Shown piece after piece: positions 15,134 to 24,787 of a DNA stretch of 32,000 nt. A program made the position numbers and the translations under genes. The stretch's first letter is position 1. Every line of letters starts with the position of its first letter. The notes beneath the pieces were generated by a model, which saw only the letters and a program-made list of their open reading frames with translations, made no database searches and was not told the origin of the DNA. Source of the DNA: an uncultured Actinomycetota bacterium (GTDB lineage: Bacteria > Actinomycetota > Actinomycetes > Propionibacteriales > Propionibacteriaceae); NCBI GenBank assembly GCA_963815975.1, contig CAWFJC010000010.1, positions 834,943 to 866,942 on the forward strand. Direction: 5' to 3'.

Positions 15134-17572
15134 ATGCACGACACTAGTAACGTGTCCGCGACGTCGACCTATCCAGACTCGCTCCGCCGCTGGAATGTGG
15201 CCTCGTGGATACTGCTCGCCCTCTACGTCTTGAGCCTGGTCGTCTTTGCCGTATCTGTCGTCGATGAAGGAGTTGTCCAGGCGCTCGGCCTCGGTGCGTA
15301 TGTCGACCCGAGGGCTTGGTGGCCGATCTTGGTCCAAGTCGCACTCGGCACCGCTGCGTTCCTGACCTACTACTGGCCGCGGCGGCGCGACGTCCGCAAC
15401 TTCTCGGTGCTGGTGACCGGCGTGCTCGCGGCGACCGTGGTCTCGATCGGCCTGGTGGCCTACTGGGGTTGCCCATCGACTGCAGAGGAAAGCAGATTCT
15501 GGACGCCTCTCACCTTCGCCCTGAATCTGCTCGTCGGCAACATTCAAGAATGCTCTGTCGGGCCCGAGGCACGTCCTGCTCCGCTCGCGCTGCAACTGCC
15601 ACGATTGCTCGGACCACTGCTGTTGGTCATTGCCGCGTTCGGGATCGTCGCCTCGATCTTTCGGGCGCAAAGTGACCGAATCCTGGTGCGACTGAGCCGC
15701 TCACTTGTGGTGCTGGTCGGGCTGACCAAAGATGCCATGCCGTTGGTTCGCAGGCTCAGCACTGAACGTGAGGCAGACACAACGCTCACCGTTCTGGTGA
15801 GCGACCCGGGCAACACCTTGATCAAGAGTGTTCGCAATCTCGGTGCTCGGGTCGCGGTCTGCGACGTAACGAATCTTGGGGCCCTTCGCTCGCTGCTGAC
15901 TACGCGGGGAAGGTTCAAGGTGCGATCCTGCTACGCAGTCGCACCCGACGTCGCAGAGAACCTGCGCTGGGCTGCTCAGCTGCGGGAGGTCGCCGACTCC
16001 AGCAGGCCGGCACGGGTGAATATGGCGCCGCGGATGATCGTCCGGATCGACGATCCGTGGCAGGCCGAGTACTGGCGTCGTACCAACGCCTACCGGACGC
16101 CGGGTTCAGAATCCTCGGTCCGTTGGATCAGTGACGCGCTCAGCGTCTACGAGGTCACCGCTGAATTGATCTTGGATCGAATCGTCGATCCCAACCTCGA
16201 AAGCAGTTTTGATCGTCTTGTCATTGTGGGAAGTTCTGCGTTGGCCCTTGCCGTCTGTGCGGAACTGGCCCAGCGAGAGCGGGAGGGTGATGCGCTGCTG
16301 GCTGCGCCACACCTGGGGCTTGCAGATTTGATCTTGTATGGACCGCAGGCCGAGACGCTTCGAGAGCAGCATCGGCTCCGTCAGGAGCGTTTCGGGAATA
16401 GCAGTGATGTAGGCCTGCTCTCGGTGGTCGGATCTCTGCCGACCTCGGAGAACCTGCGGGCAACCTTGCGACGTGATCAACATCCGGTGCTGATCTTGGC
16501 CGACGATCCGGCCGTGACCGGTACGCATCAGGCTACCTATCTGGCGGCCCTCAATCCGACATGGACGATCTTCCATTGGAGCGCGACGACGAGCGGCGTC
16601 GCGGATCAGCCGATCATGGAGCTGCTCTACCCATTCGGACTCACCTTGGAGGCACCGAGCTCGCTTCCGGTGGACAACTGGGAGCGAGCGGCGCGGGTGG
16701 TGCACGAGCAGTACCGGTTGATCACCCGGCAGCACCGGCAGCTGGATCCCAGCAAACCGTCCCATCGGGCATGGGAGCAACTGGATCCATTCCTCAAAGA
16801 GAGCAACATCCGCCAGGTCACCACCGCGCTGGCAGCTGCTGAATCGCTGGGGCGCTCCTGGGGCCCAGTCGTCAGTGGCGGGAGGTCTGACGGCCTGGTG
16901 ACCTCAGCGGAGGTTTCTGCGGCGGAACTGAACACCATGGCCGAGATGGAGCATATGTCGTGGATGAAGCACTTAGAGGACAACGGCTGGCGCTACGGCG
17001 CCAAGCGTGATGATCATCGGCGCATCCATCCATCACTGCGTCCTTGGAGCGAGCTCACGCCGGCCGACCAGGACAAGACGCGAGAGGGTGTGGCCAATGC
17101 GCTGAGGATCTTGAACCGGCTCGGCTATCGCTCGACAGTGCTGCGCCCATCAGGCGCAGAAGGAGATGCTGGCTCTGCAGGGGGGTGGGTCGAGGTCATC
17201 CGGCACGGCGAGGTAGCTGCCGTACGTCGCGACGCTCCGTGGAACTGGACGAACGAGTCGGGCGAGGCCATGCAGGCCGAAGCCGGCGATTGGCAGGTCA
17301 CCAATGACGCAGGTCGATCATGGTCGGTGGCGCCAGGCATCTTTGTCCGGAGCTACCAGCACGTCGCTGGTGACAGGTGGCGGCGCACCGGTCGCGCGAC
17401 GGCGCGTCCTGCGGCGGCCGGCGAGGTGATCAACTCACTCGAGGGTCAGCAAACAGCTTCGGAGGGCGATTGGGTCATCCGGGGACCGAGAGGCGAAGAG
17501 TGGATTACTACGGCGAAGCACTTCACGGCGAACTATCAGATCAGCGAGTCCAGTTCGCTCGGCAATCCCTAG
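15134..17572 (+). CDS. Multidomain membrane protein: N-terminal TM bundle, two degenerate Rossmann/TrkA-N-like domains, a RyR domain and two PGDYG-like repeats
   Basis: Four or five hydrophobic helices fall at nt 15190-15660. Rossmann-like strands are SLVVLVGLTKD and RLVIVGSSALALAVCAEL. The RyR-type region reads WERAARVVHEQY..WEQLDPFLKESNIRQV..MAEMEHMSWMKHLEDNGWRYGAKRDDHRRIHPSLRPWSELTPADQDKTREGV (nt about 16680-17130). The C-terminal repeats are AGDWQVTNDAGRSWSVAPGIFVRSYQHV and EGDWVIRGPRGEEWITTAKHFTANYQI. The ORF opens at GTG 15002, but ATG 15134 is the more likely start. Confidence 0.75.
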   Translation: MHDTSNVSATSTYPDSLRRWNVASWILLALYVLSLVVFAVSVVDEGVVQALGLGAYVDPRAWWPILVQVALGTAAFLTYYWPRRRDVRNFSVLVTGVLAATVVSIGLVAYWGCPSTAEESRFWTPLTFALNLLVGNIQECSVGPEARPAPLALQLPRLLGPLLLVIAAFGIVASIFRAQSDRILVRLSRSLVVLVGLTKDAMPLVRRLSTEREADTTLTVLVSDPGNTLIKSVRNLGARVAVCDVTNLGALRSLLTTRGRFKVRSCYAVAPDVAENLRWAAQLREVADSSRPARVNMAPRMIVRIDDPWQAEYWRRTNAYRTPGSESSVRWISDALSVYEVTAELILDRIVDPNLESSFDRLVIVGSSALALAVCAELAQREREGDALLAAPHLGLADLILYGPQAETLREQHRLRQERFGNSSDVGLLSVVGSLPTSENLRATLRRDQHPVLILADDPAVTGTHQATYLAALNPTWTIFHWSATTSGVADQPIMELLYPFGLTLEAPSSLPVDNWERAARVVHEQYRLITRQHRQLDPSKPSHRAWEQLDPFLKESNIRQVTTALAAAESLGRSWGPVVSGGRSDGLVTSAEVSAAELNTMAEMEHMSWMKHLEDNGWRYGAKRDDHRRIHPSLRPWSELTPADQDKTREGVANALRILNRLGYRSTVLRPSGAEGDAGSAGGWVEVIRHGEVAAVRRDAPWNWTNESGEAMQAEAGDWQVTNDAGRSWSVAPGIFVRSYQHVAGDRWRRTGRATARPAAAGEVINSLEGQQTASEGDWVIRGPRGEEWITTAKHFTANYQISESSSLGNP

Positions 17573-17634
17573 TGCCCTGGAAGGGAAGTTTCGGCGCCGC
17601 GAAGCGCCAAGAGATTTCCCTTCCAGGGCACTAG
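17569..17634. terminator. Bidirectional intrinsic-terminator-like hairpin between convergent genes
   Basis: A perfect 19-bp inverted repeat: CTAGTGCCCTGGAAGGGAA (17569-17587) pairs with TTCCCTTCCAGGGCACTAG (17616-17634). The 28-nt loop contains a nested GGCGC..GCGCC hairpin. Each arm contains the stop codon of one flanking gene. There is no U-tract. Confidence 0.6.
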
Positions 17635-18323
17635 AGATCGCGTAGCAGCCGGGCGACCAGCGCGTCAGGCTGGCTGAGGGCAAGCAGATGACCGCCAGGG
17701 AGCGGTTCGGCTTCCAGGGCGAGCCGCTCTCGAGCTAACCGACGCTGGAATTCGTAGGGGAAGAACCGATCGTCGCGGCCCGCGAGGACAGTAGTTGGGA
17801 CATCTGGCCAGCGTTCCAACGCGAAACCAGTCTCGAACAAGGAAGCCGCTGGCTCCTCATCGCCGGACGACGTCAGAAGTGCCAGCACCTCAGTCGGCAC
17901 GTCGTGCAGGAAGTGTGTCTCCGCATCGAAGCCGGCGTCAGGGTCGCGGCCCTCACGCACGTCGTTGCTTCGCATGGCTTCGGCCTGACCGGTATTGGCC
18001 CACCACTCGCCTGCGGTCTCACCAGGCTTCGGGATCATTGCATTCAGCAGCACGAGTTCGGAGACTGGCAACCGCTCACAGGCCAGAGGTGCACTGAAGG
18101 CACCCATTGACTGGGCGACCACGGTGATGTCTCCGGCCGACTCGGCCGCAGCGACGATAGCGTCAGAGTGATCAGCGAAGGTCGCGCCCGACCAGTTCGG
18201 CAGCGACACCGCGACACAGCGGGAGCCCGCATCACGGATGAGTGGCTCAACGAGTTGCCAATATCCGGCATTGCCGCCGGCGCCGGGGACCAGGACGAAG
18301 CTGCGCTGCCGCATGAAAGCCAT
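17631..18323 (-). CDS. Alpha/beta hydrolase (esterase, AB_hydrolase_6-like)
   Basis: N-terminus FVLVPGAGGNAGYW. Nucleophile-elbow-like VVAQSMGA. C-terminal LPGGHLLALSQP with the catalytic His. Confidence 0.75.
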   Translation of the reverse strand: MAFMRQRSFVLVPGAGGNAGYWQLVEPLIRDAGSRCVAVSLPNWSGATFADHSDAIVAAAESAGDITVVAQSMGAFSAPLACERLPVSELVLLNAMIPKPGETAGEWWANTGQAEAMRSNDVREGRDPDAGFDAETHFLHDVPTEVLALLTSSGDEEPAASLFETGFALERWPDVPTTVLAGRDDRFFPYEFQRRLARERLALEAEPLPGGHLLALSQPDALVARLLRDL

Positions 18324-18391
18324 TCTGGAGTGCGAGTCCAGCCGCCGATAACTCAGCTGCCCATCCGAGGGCCAGCGTCTACAGTGTCAGC

Positions 18392-19786
18392 GTGTCTCTG
18401 ACGAGTCAGGTTCCTTCTCTCAAAGCGCTGCACGCGCTCAACCCGCTGCAGCAGCCGGACTACCCGTCAGCCACCGATCTTGCTGACGTGGTCGGCAAGC
18501 TTCGTACCCTCCCGCCCCTGGTATTTGCCGCCGAGTGCGACAAGCTACGCGCCAAGATGGCCAGCGTGGCGGCCGGTGAGGCATTCATGCTGCAGGGTGG
18601 CGACTGCGCGGAGACCTTCGCTGAGGTGACCGCGGCGAACATCCAGGGCAAGCTTCGTACCTTGCTCTCCATGGCGGTCGTCTTGACGTACGCGGCGCAA
18701 GTGCCGATCGTCAAGGTCGGCAGGATGGCAGGCCAGTTCGCGAAGCCTCGCAGTTCGGCCATCGAAACCCGCAGCGGCGTCGCACTGCCCGCGTACCGCG
18801 GCGACGCGGTGAATGGCTTCGATTTCACAGCTGAAGCCCGTGAGCCCGATCCGCAGCGACTCCTGGAGGTCTACAACGCCTCAGCCGCCACCCTGAATCT
18901 GACCCGCGCTTTCGTCACCGGCGGATTCGCTCATCTGCGCAGCGTGCACAGCTGGAACGCCGACTTTGTCAAGAACTCCGCGGCCGGGGTGCAGTACCAG
19001 AACATGGCGAACGAGATCGATCGCGCACTGGCGTTCATGGTGGCCTGTGGGATCGATGACGACGTGTTCCGGACGGTCGACTTTTACTCCAGCCACGAGG
19101 CGTTGATCTTGGAGTACGAGCACGCGCTAACTCGCATCGACTCACGGACCGGTCAGCCGTACGGCACCTCGGGACACTTCTTGTGGGTGGGCGAGCGGAC
19201 CCGCCAACTGCATAGTGCGCATGTCGAACTGCTCCGCCATGTCCGTAACCCGCTCGGGGTGAAACTCGGTCCGACCAGCACGGCCGACAACGCGCTGGAA
19301 CTTGCTGACCGCCTCGATCCTGACCATGAGCCGGGACGGATCACGTTCATTACCCGGATGGGTGCGGCGAAGGTACGGGAGGTGTTGCCGGACGTCGTGG
19401 CGAAGGTGACTGCCAGCGGCCGGCAGGTGGCCTGGGTCTGCGATCCGATGCACGGCAACACCTTCGAGGCCCGCAACGGCTACAAGACCAGGGCATTCTC
19501 CGACGTTATGGCCGAACTCAATGGCTTCTTCGACGTTCACGAGGAGCTAGGGACCTGGCCTGGCGGGGTGCATGTTGAGCTGACCGGCGATGACGTGACG
19601 GAGTGCGTCGGTGGCAGCGACGACCTGGTCGAGGCCGATCTGGTCAGCCGTTATGAGACGCTGTGCGACCCGCGGCTGAACCGCAACCAGTCGCTGGAGT
19701 TGGCGTTCTTGGTCGCGGAGCGACTGACCCGGGGTGGCATCAAACGGACGAACCCGGTCCAGGCATACGTGCCGCTCACTTTCTGA
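18392..19786 (+). CDS. aroG: Class II 3-deoxy-7-phosphoheptulonate (DAHP) synthase
   Basis: 464 aa. Class II AroG-type motifs are present (MLQGGDCAETF, GRMAGQFAKPRS, WVCDPMHGNT). Syntenic with my recollection of Rv2178c. Confidence 0.9.
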   Translation: MSLTSQVPSLKALHALNPLQQPDYPSATDLADVVGKLRTLPPLVFAAECDKLRAKMASVAAGEAFMLQGGDCAETFAEVTAANIQGKLRTLLSMAVVLTYAAQVPIVKVGRMAGQFAKPRSSAIETRSGVALPAYRGDAVNGFDFTAEAREPDPQRLLEVYNASAATLNLTRAFVTGGFAHLRSVHSWNADFVKNSAAGVQYQNMANEIDRALAFMVACGIDDDVFRTVDFYSSHEALILEYEHALTRIDSRTGQPYGTSGHFLWVGERTRQLHSAHVELLRHVRNPLGVKLGPTSTADNALELADRLDPDHEPGRITFITRMGAAKVREVLPDVVAKVTASGRQVAWVCDPMHGNTFEARNGYKTRAFSDVMAELNGFFDVHEELGTWPGGVHVELTGDDVTECVGGSDDLVEADLVSRYETLCDPRLNRNQSLELAFLVAERLTRGGIKRTNPVQAYVPLTF

Positions 19787-19813
19787 GCTCCACTCACCCG
19801 ATACCCTCCCTGC

Positions 19814-20605
19814 ATGGCACGCCCACCGATAGCGCCGTTCCCCGATGACGCGTTCTCTCGAGTGCTCTGCGCTGTGGCCCACCCCGACGACGTTGAGTAC
19901 GGTACGTCGTCGGCAGTCGCGGCCTGGACGTCGAAAGGAATCGAGGTCGCCTACCTGCTGTTGACCCGCGGCGAAGCCGGCATCGACACGATGGATCCGA
20001 AGGCCACGGCGGAGTTGCGGGTACGCGAGCAGATCAAAGGATCGCACGAGGTCGGCGTCACACGTGTTGAGTTCCTGGAGTATCCGGACGGCGTGCTCGA
20101 ATACAGCCTGTCGATGCGCCGCGACATCGCGCGGGCGATCCGGTCGTTCCGGCCCGAGGCGCTGGTGGTGAGTTCTTGGGACGTCGAATTCGCCATCGGC
20201 TTGAATCAGGCAGATCACCGAGTCGCCGGGTTGGCCGCTGTAGACGCAATGCGGGATGCGGGCAACCGCTGGGTGTTCCCCGAGCTGCTCGCCGAAGGAC
20301 TCGAGCCGCATTCGACGCGATGGCTGCTGACCAACGGTTTGGAGAATGGCACGTACGGCGTGGACGTCAGTGGTGAACCGCTCGAGCGTGGTATCGCTTC
20401 CTTGGAGGCGCATGCGGAATACCTGGCGGCGATTCCTGGCCATCCCGCCCCTCGCACGATCATTTCAGCCTTCACCGCGATGCAGGGTAAGTCGATGGGC
20501 GTCGCGAACGCGGTGCTGTTCCGAGCGTGGGACTCCCAGGCTCGTCCAGCCATCCTGGAAGACCTAGAGGTGGCCGAAGAAGAGGCAGCAGCTAAGGCGG
20601 GATAG
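19814..20605 (+). CDS. PIG-L/LmbE-family N-acetylglucosaminyl deacetylase
   Basis: The AHPDDVEYG zinc-binding motif is followed by QADHRVAG, typical of LmbE-like deacetylases. Confidence 0.8.
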   Translation: MARPPIAPFPDDAFSRVLCAVAHPDDVEYGTSSAVAAWTSKGIEVAYLLLTRGEAGIDTMDPKATAELRVREQIKGSHEVGVTRVEFLEYPDGVLEYSLSMRRDIARAIRSFRPEALVVSSWDVEFAIGLNQADHRVAGLAAVDAMRDAGNRWVFPELLAEGLEPHSTRWLLTNGLENGTYGVDVSGEPLERGIASLEAHAEYLAAIPGHPAPRTIISAFTAMQGKSMGVANAVLFRAWDSQARPAILEDLEVAEEEAAAKAG

Positions 20606-20609
20606 TTTC

Positions 20610-21635
20610 TTGATCGATCTTCGCTCCGACACCGTGACCAAGCCGACCGAAGGGATGCGGCAGGCGATGCTGGTCGCGCCAGTCGGCGATGACGTGTACG
20701 CCGAGGACCCAACGGTGATCGAGCTGGAGCAGCGGGTGGCGCGGCTGCTCGGGCATCAGGCCGGCTTGTTCTGCGTCAGCGGGTCGATGTGCAACATGCT
20801 CGGCGTTCGGCTGCTGGTCGAGCCCGGCCAGGAAGTGATCTGCGACGTCCAGGCCCACATCGCTCGTGCCGAGATGGGCGCGCACGCCGCGATCCAGGGC
20901 GCCACGATGCGTACCTTTCCGTCCCCTCGTGGCAAGGTACAACTGGCCGAGGTGGCGAAGATCATCTCGCCCTCGGCCGGCCCATACCTGGTTTCCACAG
21001 CCGCGGTCGCGGTGGAGAACACCCACAACTTCGGCGGCGGGACGATCCAGCCTTTCGATGAGTTGGCGGCAGTGGGCGACCTGTGTCGCGAGCACGGCAT
21101 CGGCTATCACCTCGACGGGGCCCGGCTCTGGAATGCGCACATTGCCACCGGCGTGTCATTGGAGGCGTACGGGCGGCTGTTCGACACCGTCAGCGTGTGC
21201 TTCTCCAAAGGCCTCGGAGCCCCTGTCGGCTCCGTACTGGTGAGCAGCACCGAACACATTGCGCGCGCCCGGGTGCTGCGCAAGCGGCTTGGTGGTGGCT
21301 GGCGCCAGGCCGGCGTACTCGCTGCGGCGTGCCTGTACGCCCTTGATCATCATCTGCAACGGCTGGTCGATGATCATGCCGCAGCACGCCTCTTCGCCGA
21401 GGAGGTGGCCAGCCAGGTGCCGACTGCGGTCGAGCCCGACGATGTTGAGACGAATGTCGTCGTGATCAATACCGGCGCGATGCCCGCAGCGCCGATCGCC
21501 GCCGCTGCCGCCCAGGGCGGCGTTCAGGTCTCCGCTCTGGGGCCCTTCATGATCAGAGTGGTTACCCATCTCGACGTGACGGCTGAGGACTGCGAGGCGG
21601 CCGGCCGTCTGATTGGCAAACTCCTGACCGGTTAG
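20610..21635 (+). CDS. ltaE: Low-specificity L-threonine aldolase (PLP-dependent)
   Basis: N-terminus [15 protein letters not shown]-lysine region [15 protein letters not shown] start. Confidence 0.85.
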   Translation: MIDLRSDTVTKPTEGMRQAMLVAPVGDDVYAEDPTVIELEQRVARLLGHQAGLFCVSGSMCNMLGVRLLVEPGQEVICDVQAHIARAEMGAHAAIQGATMRTFPSPRGKVQLAEVAKIISPSAGPYLVSTAAVAVENTHNFGGGTIQPFDELAAVGDLCREHGIGYHLDGARLWNAHIATGVSLEAYGRLFDTVSVCFSKGLGAPVGSVLVSSTEHIARARVLRKRLGGGWRQAGVLAAACLYALDHHLQRLVDDHAAARLFAEEVASQVPTAVEPDDVETNVVVINTGAMPAAPIAAAAAQGGVQVSALGPFMIRVVTHLDVTAEDCEAAGRLIGKLLTG

Positions 21636-21686
21636 CCTGCCTAGCCCGCACTCAGCCAGTCGACCATCGCCCCATACGGTGGGGAA

Positions 21687-22346
21687 ATGCGGATCACCCA
21701 CTTGGGCCACTCGGCAGTGCTGGCCGAAACCGACGATGCACGAATTCTGATCGATCCGGGGAACCTCAGCGACGCGTGGCACGGCTTGACCGATCTTGAT
21801 GCGGTGATGGTGACCCATCAACATCCCGATCACCTTGATCCTGCGAATCTGCCGGCCTTGGTGCAAGCAAACGCAGCAGCCAAAATCCTGGTCGAGCCGT
21901 CGATCATGGATCTGATCAGCGCCGGCGACCTGCCGTCGCTTGGTGCTAACGCGGCCGCCTTGCCGCCGGACCATCAGGCGACCATCGGAGATGTCCTCGT
22001 CACAGCGGTTGGCGGCCAGCATGCGATCATCTATCGCGACCTGCCACGGATCGGCAACGTCGGCTATCTGCTGAGGTCCGAAGGCCAGCCCACGCTTTTC
22101 CATCCTGGCGATGAAATCGACACGATTCCGGACGGCGTCGACATCCTGGCGATTCCGGAGTACGCACCCTGGGCAGCGATGAAAGAGACAGTTGACTTCG
22201 TCCGGGCGGTCGGCGCGTTGGAAGGGTTCCCGATCCATGATGAGCTGCTCAGCGATCGAGGGCGCAACCTCATTTTCACCCGGCTCAATGAGTTGACCAC
22301 GACCCGCGTACTGGACTTGCGTGGCGGCGTCGCACACGAGTTCTGA
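21687..22346 (+). CDS. MBL-fold metallo-hydrolase
   Basis: HxHxDH motif VTHQHPDHLD. 219 aa. Confidence 0.8.
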   Translation: MRITHLGHSAVLAETDDARILIDPGNLSDAWHGLTDLDAVMVTHQHPDHLDPANLPALVQANAAAKILVEPSIMDLISAGDLPSLGANAAALPPDHQATIGDVLVTAVGGQHAIIYRDLPRIGNVGYLLRSEGQPTLFHPGDEIDTIPDGVDILAIPEYAPWAAMKETVDFVRAVGALEGFPIHDELLSDRGRNLIFTRLNELTTTRVLDLRGGVAHEF

Positions 22347-22355
22347 AGCCCTCGA

Positions 22356-23126
22356 TCACGCTTGTGGCGTCGGTCGGAAGCCGAGCCGGCGCGATAGCTG
22401 GGCGGCGGCTGCATTCACCGCATTGACCAAACGCGCTTCGCCCTCTTGATCGACCTCATCGCCAACGTAGGTGACCGCGATAGCGGCCGCGGGGTGGCTC
22501 GTATGATCCAGCACCGCCTGTGCTACTGACGAGAAACCGCTGGTCACCGAACCCGCTTCGGTGGCATGTCCCCGATTCCGGACGTCGCTCAGCAGCTGTC
22601 GCAGCGCGGTCGGTGTCGCCGGTCCATGATCGGTTTCCACAAAGGCCGCTGCATTCGGAAACACGGCGCGTATCTGGGCCGACGGCAGCCGGGCCAGCAT
22701 GGCCAGTCCGCTAGCCGTCACCACAGCAGGGAGCCGCACCCCTACATCGGTGATCAACATCGGGCGCCCGGCTGCTCGCTCCTCGATCAGATAGAGCACG
22801 TCGCGTCCGTGCAGCACCGCAAGGTGGGCGTTCTGCCTCGTCCGGTCGACCAGCTGCCGCACGATGGGCCGCGCGATGCGCTGCAAGGGCGCTTGACGTG
22901 CGTAGGCGGAGCCCAGCTCGTACGCCGCAACACTCAGCCCGTAGCGCCGCTCCTCGGGCAGATAGTGCACGAAGCCGTGGTCGAGGAGCACCGAGAGCAA
23001 TCGGTAGGTGGTGGAGCGCGGCAGCCGAAGGGATGCTGCGACCATTCCTGCAGATACCGGCTCGGGATGATGCGAGAGCAGCGTAAGCATTCGCAAAACG
23101 TGATCAGCTGCCGGTGCTGCCGACAC
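22356..23126 (-). CDS. IclR-family transcriptional regulator, probable hut regulator
   Basis: HTH region [29 protein letters not shown] plus a C-terminal IclR effector domain. It is divergent from hutH. GTG 23126, preceded by GAGGAG, is preferred to the ORF-track start 23204. Confidence 0.8.
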   Translation of the reverse strand: MSAAPAADHVLRMLTLLSHHPEPVSAGMVAASLRLPRSTTYRLLSVLLDHGFVHYLPEERRYGLSVAAYELGSAYARQAPLQRIARPIVRQLVDRTRQNAHLAVLHGRDVLYLIEERAAGRPMLITDVGVRLPAVVTASGLAMLARLPSAQIRAVFPNAAAFVETDHGPATPTALRQLLSDVRNRGHATEAGSVTSGFSSVAQAVLDHTSHPAAAIAVTYVGDEVDQEGEARLVNAVNAAAAQLSRRLGFRPTPQA

Positions 23127-23138
23127 CAGGTTCTCCTC

Positions 23139-23158
23139 ATGTCTCAGATTTGGGACAT
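23139..23158. promoter_or_regulatory. Candidate operator (inverted repeat) in the iclR-hutH divergent intergenic region
   Basis: ATGTC-N10-GACAT (ATGTCTCAGATTTGGGACAT) sits inside the 77-bp gap between the two proposed starts. The arms are short, so this could be chance. Confidence 0.2.
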
Positions 23159-23203
23159 AGTTTGGCGTACAGCTCTGCCCAACAGGGCGGTGGGTCGATT
23201 GCA

Positions 23204-24787
23204 ATGGATGACATGCACGAGCACAGCGTCACGGTCGGCGTCGGCCCGGTCTCCCGTGAAGACGTGATAGCAGTAGCGCGATACGACGCACAGGTCGTCA
23301 TCGCCGACGAGGCCTGGGCCGAGGTTCGCAAATCTCGCGAGATCATCGAGGCTCTGGCCGATGATCAAGAGCCGCATTATGGGGTGTCCACTGGCTTCGG
23401 AGCGCTAGCAACCCGGCACATCCCGGTCGAACTCCGGGCCCAGCTGCAGCGCAGCCTCGTTCGCTCGCATGCCGCCGGATCCGGACCGGAGGTCGAGCGC
23501 GAGGTGGTGCGGGCTCTCATGTTGCTGCGGATTTCGACTCTCGCCACCGGCCGTACCGGAATCCATGACGAGACTCTGCGCAGCTATGTCGCCATGCTCA
23601 ATGCTGGCCTCACGCCGGTGGTCTATGAGTACGGCAGCCTCGGCTGCTCCGGGGACCTAGCTCCACTAGCCCATTGCGCGCTGGCACTGATGGGGGAGGG
23701 GATCGTCCGCGATGCAGCTGGCACTATGACCCCGACCCGCGAGGCGTTCGCCGTAGCCGGCATCGCTCCGGTCACGCTGGCCGAGAAGGAAGGCTTGGCG
23801 CTGATCAACGGCACCGACGGGATGCTCGGCATGCTGCTGCTGGCGATCACCGATCTGCGGCGGCTGCTCAAGATCTCCGACATCGCGGCTGCGATGAGTG
23901 TCGAAGGTCTACTCGGCACTGATGACGTCTTCGCAGATGATCTTCAGGCCCTTCGGCCGCACCCGGGCCAGGCCGCTTCGGCGACAAATCTGCGCATGAT
24001 CATGGCGGGCAGTGAGATTCGGGAAAGCCACCGGACCGAAGCATGCACCAGAGTTCAGGACGCCTATTCGCTACGCTGCGCGCCGCAGGTGGCCGGCGCC
24101 GTACGTGACACCGTTGATCATGCCGAGCGGGTTGCGCTGATCGAGCTGGCGTCTGCCATTGACAATCCGGTTATCACCCATGACGGCCGAGTCGAGTCCA
24201 ATGGCAACTTTCATGGTGCACCGGTCGGCTATGTCCTGGACTTCCTTGCCATCGCTGTCGCGGACCTGGCGAGCATCTCCGAACGGCGTACCGACCGGTT
24301 CCTGGATCGGGCCCGCAATGGCGGTCTCAATGCGTTTCTCGCGGCCGATCCCGGTGTCGACTCCGGCTACATGATCGCGCAATACACCCAGGCTGCGATT
24401 GTCTCCGAGCTCAAGCGGCTTGCGGCACCCGCTTCGGTCGACTCGATTCCCAGCTCGGCCATGCAAGAGGACCACGTGTCAATGGGCTGGTCAGCCGCGC
24501 GCAAGCTGCGTCGGGCAATCGACGGGCTGACGAGGGTGCTGGCCATCGAGCTGCTGACCGCTGCCCGTGGCATCGAGCTCCGCTCGCCACTGCAACCGGC
24601 ACCGGCCTCCGCGGCCGCGATCACCGCCCTCCGTCATGCTGGCGCTCCAGCGCCTGACACCGATCGGTGGCTCGCCCCAGAGATCGATATCGCCGTCGAC
24701 CTGGTCGCCACCGAGGCGGTTGTCGCCGCCGTCGAGTCGGTGACCGGCCCGTCGGTCCCACCTGAGGCAACGAAAGGAAACGACAAC
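23204..24787 (+). CDS. hutH: Histidine ammonia-lyase (HutH) segment of a continuous hutH-hutU reading frame; no stop codon
   Basis: MIO-forming region [14 protein letters not shown]. Also [11 protein letters not shown] and QEDHVSMG. The domain ends around [10 protein letters not shown], but the frame stays open through a 15-codon linker into hutU. Confidence 0.85.

Noticed and set aside
23600-23680. The HutH MIO triad reads Cys-Ser-Gly (GCSGDL) instead of the textbook Ala-Ser-Gly.
   Set aside because: I believe CSG is the usual form in actinobacterial histidases such as those of Streptomyces. It is probably normal, but I could not verify this here.
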